Below, in pieces: positions 28,033 to 37,792 of a stretch of DNA of 56,765 nt (the stretch's first letter is position 1; each line of letters begins with the position of its first letter). Origin of the DNA: Candidatus Doudnabacteria bacterium CG10_big_fil_rev_8_21_14_0_10_41_10. Lineage in GTDB: Bacteria > Patescibacteriota > Doudnabacteria > UBA920 > 2-01-FULL-50-11. Below the pieces are notes generated by a model. That model made no database searches and was not told where the DNA came from. It saw only the letters and a list, made by a program, of their open reading frames with translations. The stretch is taken from positions 1 to 56,765 of the forward strand of contig PFAJ01000006.1 in NCBI GenBank assembly GCA_002773695.1, in the 5' to 3' direction. Position numbers and translations under genes: made by a program.

Positions 28033-30366
28033 TTATTTCAAAGGATTCTTTTCGTAAAAACCAGAATTGACGTTTTCAATAAAAGCTTCAGCTTCGGCAA
28101 TATAATTTCCACCAAATCCTTTAATAACATCCGCGATTGCGATCGCTTCTGCCCGTTCACCCCTATAAGCGTACGACAGCGCGAAATCGATCCATGCATC
28201 AACATTGTCTGGTTCGACTTTTGTCAATTCTTCGGTAAAAAATGAAATCCAATCGAAATCCCTGGCGGTTTTGGCTAGTCCCAACATCCTGGTTAAATGC
28301 TTTGCCTGTTTGTAATTTGCGCCGGCAATTTCCATTTCATCGATCAAATCTGCAATTTCGCCATTCCTTCCTTGCATGAAATACAGCCTTACCAGATTAA
28401 TATAAGACTCAACCACCTCGGAGTTTAACTCAATAGTCTTTAGAAAAAACTCTTCTGCCAGTTTTGCGGAATCCTCGGCCTGCTTTGCGTCTCCCGCTTC
28501 TTTGTAATCTTCATATAGATAAAGATAAGAATAACCGGCTTCTTGAGGACCATGCGGTCTGGTCGGAGTCAGCTCTTGCAGTTTTGGGATGTAACTCAAA
28601 GCTCTCTCGATCCGAATTTTTTCCTCGCCAGGAACCGCGTCGCGGGTAGTATTGTAAAACCGCGCGGCCAAAAGATAATTTTTAGCATCATCCGGCTTTT
28701 CAGAAATCAATTTTTCCAGTTGTTCCTCGGCATAAGTTACGATAGTAAAAACTTCCGGATTAATAGGTCCTTGCTCGCCTAGCTGCGTCCCGATAAAATC
28801 TATAAACTGGATTCGGTATTCGTTTTGGCCGTAGTTTTCTTTTTCCAAGACATCTTTAAACCGATCAAAGATTACATAAAAATTATCTTCCACCGGGTTT
28901 GATCGCAGGGCAACAGCGGCGGCCAAGTTTATTTTGGCAGGCTCCAAGGTTCCCTTCCACATTATCGGCCCTAGAAGCAGCAAGTACACAGCCAGCGCCC
29001 CCAGCCATAACTTCTTCGAGGTTAGTATTTTTGGCACATCGAATTTTGGTAAAAAATTACTTGCCATAAACGCCCAAGCAAAAAACAGGAAAACATAAGT
29101 CCCGATGCTTTCAAAAACAAATAAATCCTGGACAAAGTATGCCGCCGCAAGGGAGATAAAAATGATTGCCGGAACCTGCTTTTCTTCGTTCCCTCGCAGA
29201 CGCTTGAGCATATAGTACGCGGGATAAAAAATAAATCCAAGATATAAAAGCAATCCGACTATGCCGGTAGTTACCGCTCTATCAACAACTACATTGTGCG
29301 CGCGGTCAAACCAAACCACAGATCCTTCATCTTTATAAATAATCGGCGGAAAATTTTTATTAAAAACAATATTATAATTTTCTAAACCATAACCAAAAAT
29401 CGGCTTATCCTTCCAACCTTCTATTCCCGCCCTCCAGGCCGCGATACGCGTCTCGGTTGTTCTGTCAGTAAAACTAAAAACAGTGAGCTTGTTTAGCATT
29501 GGTGAATTTTTTACAAACGGTCGATCGCGGAAAACAATCAATAACCCGACTGCGGCCACCACTAATATAATAGCCCCGAGGGCAGATTTTCTAATTATTG
29601 GAATATGCCGCTTTGTCCAAACCAAGAGCAGGCTGGAAAACACTATTGATCCGACCAAGGCCACCAAAGCGCCTCTGGTTTGGGTGGCAAAAATCACCCA
29701 AATAAAAAGCGCCGCAAGCGTGCCGTAATAGATTCTCGCGATTTTAGAATTTCTTTTCCAAAAAAGATACGCGGCAAACGCTATCTGAAACAATATATAA
29801 CCGGCCAAAAAAGACGCGTTCCCAAATGTCGCGTCCGCGCGGTCCCCGGAAGTAGCCAGCACCGACTCAAGTTTCAATGATTGCGCGACCGCGAACAAAG
29901 AAACCAACAACGCTACAACTAAAGATATATCAAAAAATCTCGCCCAAGTTTTTTCCGTTTTTATAACCGACGTTAAAATAACAAAAAAAGCTGCTAAATG
30001 CAGTAGTAAAAACAATCCATCACTTCGTTCCATATCGCCCCAAAAACTGCCATAAAAATTGACCCCTAAAAAGGACGATATAAAAGCTCCAATGATAAAT
30101 AATCCTAAAATTATCGTTAAGATGTTTCTTTTGGGACGATACTGCTCATCGACTAGCGCCAAATACAAAAAGGCCAATAACATTATCTCGACAACTATCC
30201 GGAAAAGAAAAGCTTTGGTGGCAATAAATGGAAAAAAGAAACTATTGTTAACGAAAAGGGGGGCGGCAAGTGCCAGCGCGGCGCCCGCATAAATAATCCA
30301 AAGAGAAATTTTTTTTAGTGTTTGCATGATGATCTTGGCTAAAAATCCAGATGTCAAAATCCCCAC
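28033..30366 (-). CDS. O-antigen ligase/Wzy_C-domain membrane protein with C-terminal TPR repeats (candidate O-oligosaccharyltransferase)
   Basis: 777-aa ORF with about 12 TM helices. Motifs TQTRGALVALVGS, RIAAWRAGIEGWKDKPIFGYGLENY and AHNVVVDRAVTTGIVG, then about 300 aa of TPR-like helices. An alternative ATG is at 30327. Confidence 0.75.
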   Translation of the reverse strand: MGILTSGFLAKIIMQTLKKISLWIIYAGAALALAAPLFVNNSFFFPFIATKAFLFRIVVEIMLLAFLYLALVDEQYRPKRNILTIILGLFIIGAFISSFLGVNFYGSFWGDMERSDGLFLLLHLAAFFVILTSVIKTEKTWARFFDISLVVALLVSLFAVAQSLKLESVLATSGDRADATFGNASFLAGYILFQIAFAAYLFWKRNSKIARIYYGTLAALFIWVIFATQTRGALVALVGSIVFSSLLLVWTKRHIPIIRKSALGAIILVVAAVGLLIVFRDRPFVKNSPMLNKLTVFSFTDRTTETRIAAWRAGIEGWKDKPIFGYGLENYNIVFNKNFPPIIYKDEGSVVWFDRAHNVVVDRAVTTGIVGLLLYLGFIFYPAYYMLKRLRGNEEKQVPAIIFISLAAAYFVQDLFVFESIGTYVFLFFAWAFMASNFLPKFDVPKILTSKKLWLGALAVYLLLLGPIMWKGTLEPAKINLAAAVALRSNPVEDNFYVIFDRFKDVLEKENYGQNEYRIQFIDFIGTQLGEQGPINPEVFTIVTYAEEQLEKLISEKPDDAKNYLLAARFYNTTRDAVPGEEKIRIERALSYIPKLQELTPTRPHGPQEAGYSYLYLYEDYKEAGDAKQAEDSAKLAEEFFLKTIELNSEVVESYINLVRLYFMQGRNGEIADLIDEMEIAGANYKQAKHLTRMLGLAKTARDFDWISFFTEELTKVEPDNVDAWIDFALSYAYRGERAEAIAIADVIKGFGGNYIAEAEAFIENVNSGFYEKNPLK

Positions 30367-30576
30367 CTGCCTAAGCCTGTTATATCAGGTAAGACATGTT
30401 AAGAATAAATGAGTTGAAATAAAGGATTTGTAGGAATATCATATGGCGGCAAATGGCGGGCAGGCAAATTACAAATCAATGATTAAAGCTCAAAATCCAA
30501 AATAATAATTCTTTTGTCATTTGGATTTTAGGACTTGATTTGACATTTGATATTTAGATTTTGGATTTCTTTCTTC

Positions 30577-31311
30577 TTATCTAAGTTCTAGATAATTTTG
30601 TCTAAATTCCTCCGCTGAATCCGGTTTTAAAGTTTCCAACCGGGAAAGATAATTCTTGGCCTTCACAAAATCTTCTTGATCTATAAAAAAGTTGGTTAAA
30701 GCTGAATAATAACTGGCGGCGTTGGAAACGTCGGTTTCAATCGCCATAAGCATTGTCGGCTCAAACATGTCCTGCTTTTCTTTCAGATTAAACAGGTACA
30801 AATCCATAAGCCCTTGATAGGCCGGGGTATAATCGGGGCGCAAATCAAGCGCCATTAGATAGTAATTTTCGGCCTTTAGAAAATCCTTTAGAAAATACTG
30901 GTAGTTGGTAGCGATATTGTGAGCGGCGGCAAAGTTTAGCGGTTGCAATTCCAAAACCTTTTCCCAAGCCCTAATCGCTCCTTCGTGATCGTTTAAAAAT
31001 TCTTTTATGTTTCCAAATAACATCCACTGACTGGAATCTTCTGGGGTTTCAATAACAACATCTTTTTGCGCGTACAAACTATCAATTTTTGCCTGATAAG
31101 CCTCTTCCGGTAATCCTTCGGCAGGCGAAAACTTCGATTCGTCAATTTGTAAGATTTTTTTAACATCTCTCTCTTCAGAAGTTGGAAAAACTTTAATAAA
31201 TCCCTGGCTTTGGAAATACCATAGAATAACTAAAATAATTATAACTATTCCAACTGCAATGCCTATTTTTTTGGATGTGAACATATTGTTTTCTAAACTC
31301 TTAATTTCCAA
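30577..31311 (-). CDS. membrane-anchored TPR-repeat protein
   Basis: 244-aa ORF with one N-terminal TM helix, then TPR-like repeats (AIRAWEKVLELQP, AENYYLMALDLRPDY, AKNYLSRLETLKPD). Confidence 0.7.
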   Translation of the reverse strand: MEIKSLENNMFTSKKIGIAVGIVIIILVILWYFQSQGFIKVFPTSEERDVKKILQIDESKFSPAEGLPEEAYQAKIDSLYAQKDVVIETPEDSSQWMLFGNIKEFLNDHEGAIRAWEKVLELQPLNFAAAHNIATNYQYFLKDFLKAENYYLMALDLRPDYTPAYQGLMDLYLFNLKEKQDMFEPTMLMAIETDVSNAASYYSALTNFFIDQEDFVKAKNYLSRLETLKPDSAEEFRQNYLELR

Positions 31312-31325
31312 TGTTCATTTTTCAC

Positions 31326-31411
31326 TTCTCGACTCCTCCGCCTGCCTAGACGAACTGGTTCGCTCGAAGAATAAATTATTGTTCGGGCCTGCCGGCAGGC
31401 GAAGTCGAGAG
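31326..31411. repeat. palindromic core fragment related to the MITE-like elements
   Basis: TTCTCGACTCCTCCGCCTGCC...CGCTCGAAGAATAA...GGCAGGCGAAGTCGAGAG. It is homologous to the TTCTCGACTTCCTCCCTAGGCGGACAAGTCGCTCGAACAATAA core of the copies at 35746 and 39120. No terminal repeats were seen. Confidence 0.55.
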
Positions 31412-31471
31412 CTCAACGAAAACCGTGAACTGAAAACTTATTAAACGCCTAATTATTGTATCCAAAAATAG

Positions 31472-31516
31472 GGTAAAAAGCAACCCAGCCCTTTCCAAAG
31501 AAAGAGCTGGGTGCTT
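31472..31516 (-). terminator. rho-independent terminator after the giant surface-protein gene
   Basis: On the minus strand, ACCCAGC t CTTTC tttg GAAAG g GCTGGGT is followed by TGCTTTTTACCCTATTTTT. Confidence 0.65.
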
Positions 31517-31567
31517 TTTCTAGCTTTAGATCAGCTAGATTAGATTACGTAAATCGTGACTATACAA

Positions 31568-34500
31568 TTAGTCGCTAATTGTAATCGCGGTTGAAGTGGC
31601 AGCTCCACCCAAGCCAGCGACCAAGTAACCGTTGTACCACTGCTTGCTCGTTAGAGAAGCGGCGGCTTGACTCTCGTCAAGATTTAGGTCAGACCACACA
31701 AAGTTACCTTGGTTGTTGACTGTGTAAACAGCCGCTGGATCACCACCGGTATCGTTGGTTGTGGTCGCGGTGTCACCAAGCAAGCTGGTAGACACTGCGT
31801 CAGAGCTGGTTGTAAAGCCAGTCACAGTCATCATCAAATCGACTACAGCGGTGGAACCAGAACCTACTGGTAACCATCGTTTGCCGTGAGATTGACTGGA
31901 TGAGATCGCCAAGTTCCAGGTTTCTGTGCCGTCAACCAGGTAATCACCGTCAGCGTCCAAGTCAGACAACTGGCTGCCTGTGGTAATGCTTCCGCAACTG
32001 CCGGTACAAGACTGCAGTTTGGTGTAAGCATTAGTCAAGACTAGTCCAGATGTTGAGGCTGTGGCGTAAGCTAGACGGTAGACACCGATCTGGCCACCAA
32101 CCGCGGAAATCTTCGTGCGGTGCAAGGTAGCAGACGGGGTCAAGCTGGTTCCCGGGTTCTCGACAACGACTGAAGGTACAGCCTTGTGCAAGATAATCGC
32201 GGAACCAGTGGAGTCGGTGTAGGTAATGGTTGCGGCTGTGTTCGAGCCGGAGCCAGTGGCAGTCCAACCAGTGGTTGTATTGCCATAGGCGCCCAAACCT
32301 ACTTTGATGTCGGCATTGGCAGTACCAGGTTGGTTTGTGCCAATATCAACAATGTCTCCAATTACGCTTAACTTGATAGATGTAGCATCTCCGCCTTCAG
32401 GAACAGACAATGCTCCCTTAGTTAGGTTTATTGTTGTGATGGCGGCGCTTAGGTTGTAACCGGAAGCGTTACCAATAACTACACCGTCAACTTTCAAGAA
32501 CATTTTTTCAACTTGATCATATGCTCCTGCGGCAGTGCCGGTTAAAGCACCATCGACAACGTTAACGGTTAGTTTGGTAATATCTACATTTTCGTTATCA
32601 GCTTTCAATTTAACTTCAGACAAGACAACACCGCTGGTGCCGTGGACCACTAACCGTGACGCGGGGTTGTCACCGTGCACGTTAACGGTCAAGGTTCCGG
32701 CAGCGGCAATGGTCAGAAGAGCGCCGTCGGAAGCAGTCAAAGTGACTGTAGCGCGGTTTCCGGTATCAACTCCGTAAGCAACGACAGAAGCGTTAGTCGC
32801 GGAAGTTGTGTCGGTTAGACCAAAGGCCGATACTTCGCCCGCGTTGGAGTTAGAGCCAATGTCAGTGTACAAATTCAAAGATACCGAGGTCCCTTTGGTA
32901 ACAACCAAAGGAGAACTCAAGGCAAATGAAGAAGTGGCGGCAGCGCCAGAAGTTGGCGCGGCGTTAATTGGATCTAGCGCAACGCCATCGGCTTTCAAGG
33001 TAAGATTGTTCAACTTACCGGTTGAAGAAGCGCGAATGGCGATAGTGGTGATTCGAATGTCTTCACCAGAATCAGTGGCATCCAAAGTCCAAGCGCCGGA
33101 CAACACGCCGGTGTCATTGGTGACAACGGTCTTGTTGGTTGGCACGGAATCTTTGGTTACTGTCAAGATCGCGGCTTTTACCGTCTGAGTTGAAGCGGAA
33201 ATGCTTGAGCTCGGGGTTGGAGTAATTGTTTGACCAGTTACTTCACCTTTGGCGGTAATGGCTGAACTTGGAGTAAAGCTTACTGTAATGGTGTCGTTGG
33301 TTGCCCAACCACCGCTTGTCGGAACAGTACCGATAACTTGGTAGTGGGAGACTCCTACCGGAACGGTAAAGGAATCGGTTAACGCAACGGTCAAAGCAAG
33401 AGCGACATCTACCGGACCGGCAACAGTGGCGCCGTTAGCATCTACCAATCTGACTGATTCTAACCTCTGTCCATTTGTAGTGGAAGAAGCTGTGGTCAAA
33501 GTCAAAGCGGTGATTTCAACCGGCTCACCTTTTGCTTCGAATTCGAATGCGCCCAAGACTTGGTTATCACCAACGGTGATATTTTCAGCACCAACGGTGC
33601 TGGACCTCCCTACGCGCAAACTTCCGGTAGAAATTGTGAATTGGTTGTCAGACAATACTGGGTTGGAGTTTACGGCCGCGCTTTCCCCGGTATAAGTTGG
33701 GGTAATGTTGGCGCCATAGGTTTGACCAGTGACCAAAAGATCAGTGGTTCTCCAGATACCCAAGTCAATGGTTCGAGCGGAACCGTCAACAACATCGGAT
33801 TTTACCAAATATTGGCTGGTCTGACCTTTCTTGATCAACTCGGCTGGGAAAGCAAAGCTAACAAAACTATTGTTAACAGTCCCATCAGCCAAGAAGGTAC
33901 CATCTCGGTACAACTTAAGGTTTGCAAGATCAGAAGACAAAGACGCGCTACCCTGTTGGTAAACCTTCACTTGAGAGAAGGTTACGTCTTCCGCGGATCC
34001 TGCAGCTACCTGGAATGAGAAGAAGGTATAAGCGGTCTTTCCTACTTCAATAGAGGTAGAAGTGGCATTGGTATAAGAACCGCGAGATACGGTTGCTGTA
34101 CCAATTACGATAGAAGTGTTGATAGTCATTTTATTACCAACAACCGGGAAACTGCCGTTTACCGAACCGCCTTTTAGAGTGATTGAGTTTAGGGCTAACG
34201 TTGGCTCTTCACCGGCACCAGGAGATGTCGCCATATTTCCCGCTAACATAACCGATTTGGTTGTGCCGTTTGGAATGGTCAAGTCATCTGTGAAGTTGGC
34301 TGTGTGTGAAGAGTTGAGTGTCTTTCCAGAGTCATTGATAGCCGCGTTGGTTGAGAGATCGATAATATCGAGACTGGAGAAAGAAGAGTCCTGGGAAATC
34401 CCGGCTCTCTCTACTACCCAGTTGTCGATAACAACATCACCACCAGTGGCGGTAAGGTTGACTTTAGTAAACGGAACCCGAGCCGCAGACTTTATAGCAA

Positions 34501-35395
34501 TGCCTGAAGCCGGGGTGTCGGAAGCAAGTGACACGGTCAAAGTACCGGTAGAAGATACTGGTGGAGTACCAGGATCACCCGCGACACATAGATTGTCACC
34601 AGCAGTGTAACCAGAGGTAGTACCGTCAACGACGGCGACCCACTGATAACCTGAATCCAAGAAACAACTGGCTGAAGGAAAACCTTGCTTCATTGTTTCG
34701 GATGTAATTGCCCAGACTGTGCCGTTGTCGTTCACGACAGAGCCTACGCGATAACCCAAATTCGCGCCAGCAGCAAGTGCCATATCGGCCGCGTTTGCTG
34801 GAACGACTTTCGCAAAATCAAAACCCCAGGAGTTGAAAACTGCCATAGTGGCAATTCCGGACTTCCCTGTGATTGTAACTTTGTAAATAGTTCCATTGTC
34901 ATTTACCAAAGATCCGGCCGGGTGAGCAGCGGTAGCACTGTCGATGTTTTCTCCCTGGGGTACCCCCGAAAGATCACCGGTCAATGCCATGTCAAAGCTG
35001 TAACCCAAACCGAAAAATACAGAAGGGGTGGTGAATCCGCGTTTTTGACCTTCGGAAACCATAAAAATGGTTCCGTTGTCATTTACCAAACTTCCATCAG
35101 CAAACATAACGTTTGCTCCTTGCGGAAGCGCAAGGTCGGCGGAATTGGCTGGAACTACTTGGTTCCAGTCATATCCGTGAGAGAAAAAAGTGTTGGCAGT
35201 TGGGTATCCTAGTCGCTGTCCGTCCATGATTTTAAAAACCGTGGAACCGGAAAGAACCAAAGTACCGTTTGGATGTGCGTCTACGGCTTGCGCAGGCACA
35301 ACCAACAAAACGCCGAATGTCCACACCACTACAGAAATCGCTAACCCAAATGCAAGAACCTTGTGCAAGGTGCTTGCAGTGTAAGGTGTATTCAT
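31568..35395 (-). CDS. giant secreted cell-surface protein (S-layer/adhesin-like), Thr/Ser/Gly/Ala/Val-rich
   Basis: 1275-aa ORF with an N-terminal signal/anchor ending VVPAQA|VDA. Four tandem repeats of about 57 aa are followed by about 1000 aa of beta-type low-complexity sequence. A terminator lies downstream. Confidence 0.85.
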   Translation of the reverse strand: MNTPYTASTLHKVLAFGLAISVVVWTFGVLLVVPAQAVDAHPNGTLVLSGSTVFKIMDGQRLGYPTANTFFSHGYDWNQVVPANSADLALPQGANVMFADGSLVNDNGTIFMVSEGQKRGFTTPSVFFGLGYSFDMALTGDLSGVPQGENIDSATAAHPAGSLVNDNGTIYKVTITGKSGIATMAVFNSWGFDFAKVVPANAADMALAAGANLGYRVGSVVNDNGTVWAITSETMKQGFPSASCFLDSGYQWVAVVDGTTSGYTAGDNLCVAGDPGTPPVSSTGTLTVSLASDTPASGIAIKSAARVPFTKVNLTATGGDVVIDNWVVERAGISQDSSFSSLDIIDLSTNAAINDSGKTLNSSHTANFTDDLTIPNGTTKSVMLAGNMATSPGAGEEPTLALNSITLKGGSVNGSFPVVGNKMTINTSIVIGTATVSRGSYTNATSTSIEVGKTAYTFFSFQVAAGSAEDVTFSQVKVYQQGSASLSSDLANLKLYRDGTFLADGTVNNSFVSFAFPAELIKKGQTSQYLVKSDVVDGSARTIDLGIWRTTDLLVTGQTYGANITPTYTGESAAVNSNPVLSDNQFTISTGSLRVGRSSTVGAENITVGDNQVLGAFEFEAKGEPVEITALTLTTASSTTNGQRLESVRLVDANGATVAGPVDVALALTVALTDSFTVPVGVSHYQVIGTVPTSGGWATNDTITVSFTPSSAITAKGEVTGQTITPTPSSSISASTQTVKAAILTVTKDSVPTNKTVVTNDTGVLSGAWTLDATDSGEDIRITTIAIRASSTGKLNNLTLKADGVALDPINAAPTSGAAATSSFALSSPLVVTKGTSVSLNLYTDIGSNSNAGEVSAFGLTDTTSATNASVVAYGVDTGNRATVTLTASDGALLTIAAAGTLTVNVHGDNPASRLVVHGTSGVVLSEVKLKADNENVDITKLTVNVVDGALTGTAAGAYDQVEKMFLKVDGVVIGNASGYNLSAAITTINLTKGALSVPEGGDATSIKLSVIGDIVDIGTNQPGTANADIKVGLGAYGNTTTGWTATGSGSNTAATITYTDSTGSAIILHKAVPSVVVENPGTSLTPSATLHRTKISAVGGQIGVYRLAYATASTSGLVLTNAYTKLQSCTGSCGSITTGSQLSDLDADGDYLVDGTETWNLAISSSQSHGKRWLPVGSGSTAVVDLMMTVTGFTTSSDAVSTSLLGDTATTTNDTGGDPAAVYTVNNQGNFVWSDLNLDESQAAASLTSKQWYNGYLVAGLGGAATSTAITISD
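34586..35275 (-). repeat. four tandem ~57-aa coding repeats at the N-terminus of the surface protein
   Basis: Residues 41-270. Each unit reads xxGSLVNDNGT(I/V)(F/Y/W)x(V/I)...G(F/Y)(P/T)(T/S)xxxFxSxG(Y/F)x(W/F)xxVVPANxADxALxxGxN. Confidence 0.75.
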
Positions 35396-35745
35396 TGTTC
35401 TTTTAATATTCCTTTCTTTGATTCCCTATCTTCGCTTTTGGTAAAACGATTCATTGTTCAATTGATACAATTAATCCGTTTAACCATCAACTATTTTAAA
35501 GAATCGAAGTTTTATTTAATTGATTTTCTTTAATCTAGTTTTTCCACATTTTGAAAGCTTTCTTTAAACATGTCGACCGATTATTAATCCCGACTTAAAT
35601 CGGGAGAGATATTTAAGTGCTTCCAAAAATAATTACTTATTGAGGAAAGCACTAGTTAAAGACGAAATAATGGGCGTTTCTTGCAATGCTGGAACAACAG
35701 TTAAAAATAACAAGGTTCTTAAACATTTACAGATCAGGAACCTTA

Positions 35746-35983
35746 GAATTACGAACCTCCAATTTCATGTCGTTGCGAGGATCCTTGGCGAAAATCCTGG
35801 GAAGATGTCGTTAATATTCTTCGAGCGAGGCGCTAGCCGAGTCGAGAAAATCCGAACAATATAATTCTCGACTTCCTCCCTAGGCGGACAAGTCGCTCGA
35901 ACAATAATATTCAGATTACCACGCGCTTTGCCACAGGCTCCTAGCAATGACACTAACGGTTTGAGAAAAAAATTCCGTAATTC
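35746..35983. mobile_element. MITE-like inverted-repeat element, copy 1 (divergent)
   Basis: Ends are GAATTACGAACCT...ATTCCGTAATTC. The internal CTTCGAGCGAGGCGCTAGCCGAGTCGAGAA and TAGGCGGACAAGTCGCTCGAACAATAATATT blocks are shared with copies 2 and 4. Confidence 0.65.
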
Positions 35984-36103
35984 ATAGTAGAACGGTATTT
36001 TGTATAAATGAACAGACGGAGGAGAATTCAGGCCGTTACATTGAGTTTTTTGGAGTTATCCACAGACTTATAAATAGTTTTCTGTAATATCTGTGAATAT
36101 CTG

Positions 36104-36134
36104 TTAAAAAAGCCAAAATATGAATTTTTTGGCT
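36104..36134 (-). terminator. rho-independent terminator downstream of the minor-pilin operon
   Basis: On the minus strand, AGCCAAAA aattcata TTTTGGCT is followed by TTTTTTAACAG. Confidence 0.55.
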
Positions 36135-36369
36135 CTTATATATGAATAATTATAAAATTTTGGTTAATTTTGGTCAATCGAGTTATCCAGATAGATATAC
36201 ATATAATTTTTGGCTTAAATTACGTAAAAAAAACGATATTTTGTGTGATCTTTATATATATTGATCTGCATTTTGTTTTTATGTCGTAAACTAACGAAAA
36301 ATATCTTAATATGTATATTATACCAGATATTTAACAATTTTGCAACCAAATAACCAAAAATTCTACCTT

Positions 36370-37122
36370 TTACCTCAAAATAACCTCTATCTTCCTTCTT
36401 AAATTATCAGAAATTCCTGTACTTTGTATTGTTGGAGATTCAGAGGGGATACCTGTTATCCCGCCTCCTGGAGATCCGGTTACAGAACCATTAACTGTCT
36501 TTGGCCCCCCGGTCTCAAGGGGGTCTGGATCTAAAAATATCGCGTAACTTTTACCAGGATCCAACCCACCTAAAACACGAGTGGTCCCATCTACTGCCAC
36601 CAAAACTCCATCTATCGCCGGCGGGTCATCTGGCGCGTTTATATCGTACGCGGAAACTGAAAAATTCACCGTCGTGCCAGAAGTTGCCGTGACGCTTATG
36701 GAGTTATATCCCGCGGCGGAATTTGTCTCATCGAAAGGATCATATAGAAGGATCGCTTTAACCTCATCAGTGAAAGTATTAAAATATAAAGGATCATCAT
36801 ACAAATCATTACAGACATTATAAGTTGCTCCCGAAGGAAGCTCCCCAAAATCCGTGAAAGGACAAATCTGTTCATTCTGACTAAGACCGCGAATCCGATA
36901 AAACAATGTTATTTCAGCGCCAGCCTCCGCTGAACTATAAGCCGGCTCGGACAGCGCTAACTGTCTGGACAATCTAAGCTCTCTTAACACTAAAGATCCT
37001 AGACTAAAACTGATCAAAGAAATTGCGGACAAGACGATAATCGCAATCAATAAAGTAATCCCCTGATCATATGATCTGGTGATTTTTTTTATTTTTCTAA
37101 ATTGTAAATAATCAAATCTCAT
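36370..37122 (-). CDS. PilX/GspK-like minor pilin (no Glu5)
   Basis: 250-aa ORF. The N-terminal helix follows DQG|ITLLIAIIVLSAISL and lacks the conserved Glu at +5, as in PilX/GspK-type subunits. It is the last gene of the pseudopilin block. Confidence 0.55.
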   Translation of the reverse strand: MRFDYLQFRKIKKITRSYDQGITLLIAIIVLSAISLISFSLGSLVLRELRLSRQLALSEPAYSSAEAGAEITLFYRIRGLSQNEQICPFTDFGELPSGATYNVCNDLYDDPLYFNTFTDEVKAILLYDPFDETNSAAGYNSISVTATSGTTVNFSVSAYDINAPDDPPAIDGVLVAVDGTTRVLGGLDPGKSYAIFLDPDPLETGGPKTVNGSVTGSPGGGITGIPSESPTIQSTGISDNLRRKIEVILR

Positions 37123-37138
37123 GATCTAAAAACAAAAC

Positions 37139-37747
37139 TTAATTTGAATATTGTCGCGATGAAACTGTCCCTTGTAATTTAATAGTTGTCTGATCAGTTG
37201 GACGAACATTTGTATTGGATGTTAAAGTCATTACAAAAGTCACCCTCGGTTGATCGTTTGGACAAGGGTCTGGACAAAACGGCAGACTAAGCGGATAAAT
37301 ATAAAAATCCACGTCTGAAACTATAATATCTGAATTTGATAATTCCGAACTGCCGACCCCCACCTTACTAAGCTGTAAAACCCCGTCGGAAAGACTAATC
37401 GTTATCATCTCCCCTGCTGAATTAATCAAATGTAATTCGTCTTCCGGTTGGGATATTCCGTACGCCACGTAAGATCCATAATCAATACTGCCGTTTCTCA
37501 CCTCCCTGGTTAAATATTCTGTAATAAATCTCGCGTTTTGTTCAACTACTCGAATAGCCCGACTCTTCTCGTTAATTCTTAGAACCGCCAAAAAAGAACC
37601 GATAATCGCGGTCATTGCCAAACTAAAAATCGCCACGGAAACTAATGATTCAACCAGGGTAAACCCTCTTTGTTTTCGTGAGGTTTCGCCAAATTTATTT
37701 GGCGTGAGGGTAAACCTTTTATTAATTTTTTTGCGCCAATTTTTCAT
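37139..37747 (-). CDS. prepilin-type N-terminal cleavage/methylation domain protein (minor pilin)
   Basis: 202-aa ORF with QRG|FTLVESLVSVAIFSLAM. Confidence 0.75.
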   Translation of the reverse strand: MKNWRKKINKRFTLTPNKFGETSRKQRGFTLVESLVSVAIFSLAMTAIIGSFLAVLRINEKSRAIRVVEQNARFITEYLTREVRNGSIDYGSYVAYGISQPEDELHLINSAGEMITISLSDGVLQLSKVGVGSSELSNSDIIVSDVDFYIYPLSLPFCPDPCPNDQPRVTFVMTLTSNTNVRPTDQTTIKLQGTVSSRQYSN

Positions 37748-37792
37748 ATTTTTTATCTATATGCCTGCCAAATTTTTTGAGTAAAGCTAACT

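Noticed and set aside
32031-35384. Numerous long ORFs (up to 175 aa) on the plus strand and in other frames overlapping the giant surface-protein gene.
   Set aside because: They are shadow ORFs. The region is GC-rich and stop-poor, the 1275-aa minus-strand frame is uninterrupted with signal peptide and repeats, and the antisense products are low-complexity with no start context.
35640-35953. ORFs 35640-35864 (+) and 35765-35953 (-), and likewise 46304-46522 and 46384-46575.
   Set aside because: They lie entirely inside MITE-like repeat copies. Their peptides (FSTRLAPRSK..., IIVRATCPPREEV...) are just translations of the palindromic modules.
36056-36191. A perfect DnaA box TTATCCACA (36056-36064) and a near box TTATCCAGA (36183-36191) in the ~970-bp AT-rich gap, plus GTGGATAA-type boxes at 49379 and 50679. 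Considered as a possible oriC.
   Set aside because: One perfect 9-mer is about what chance gives in 57 kb on both strands. There is no dnaA/dnaN nearby, no cluster of boxes and no switch of gene orientation across the region. It is better explained as the promoter/terminator region of flanking operons.
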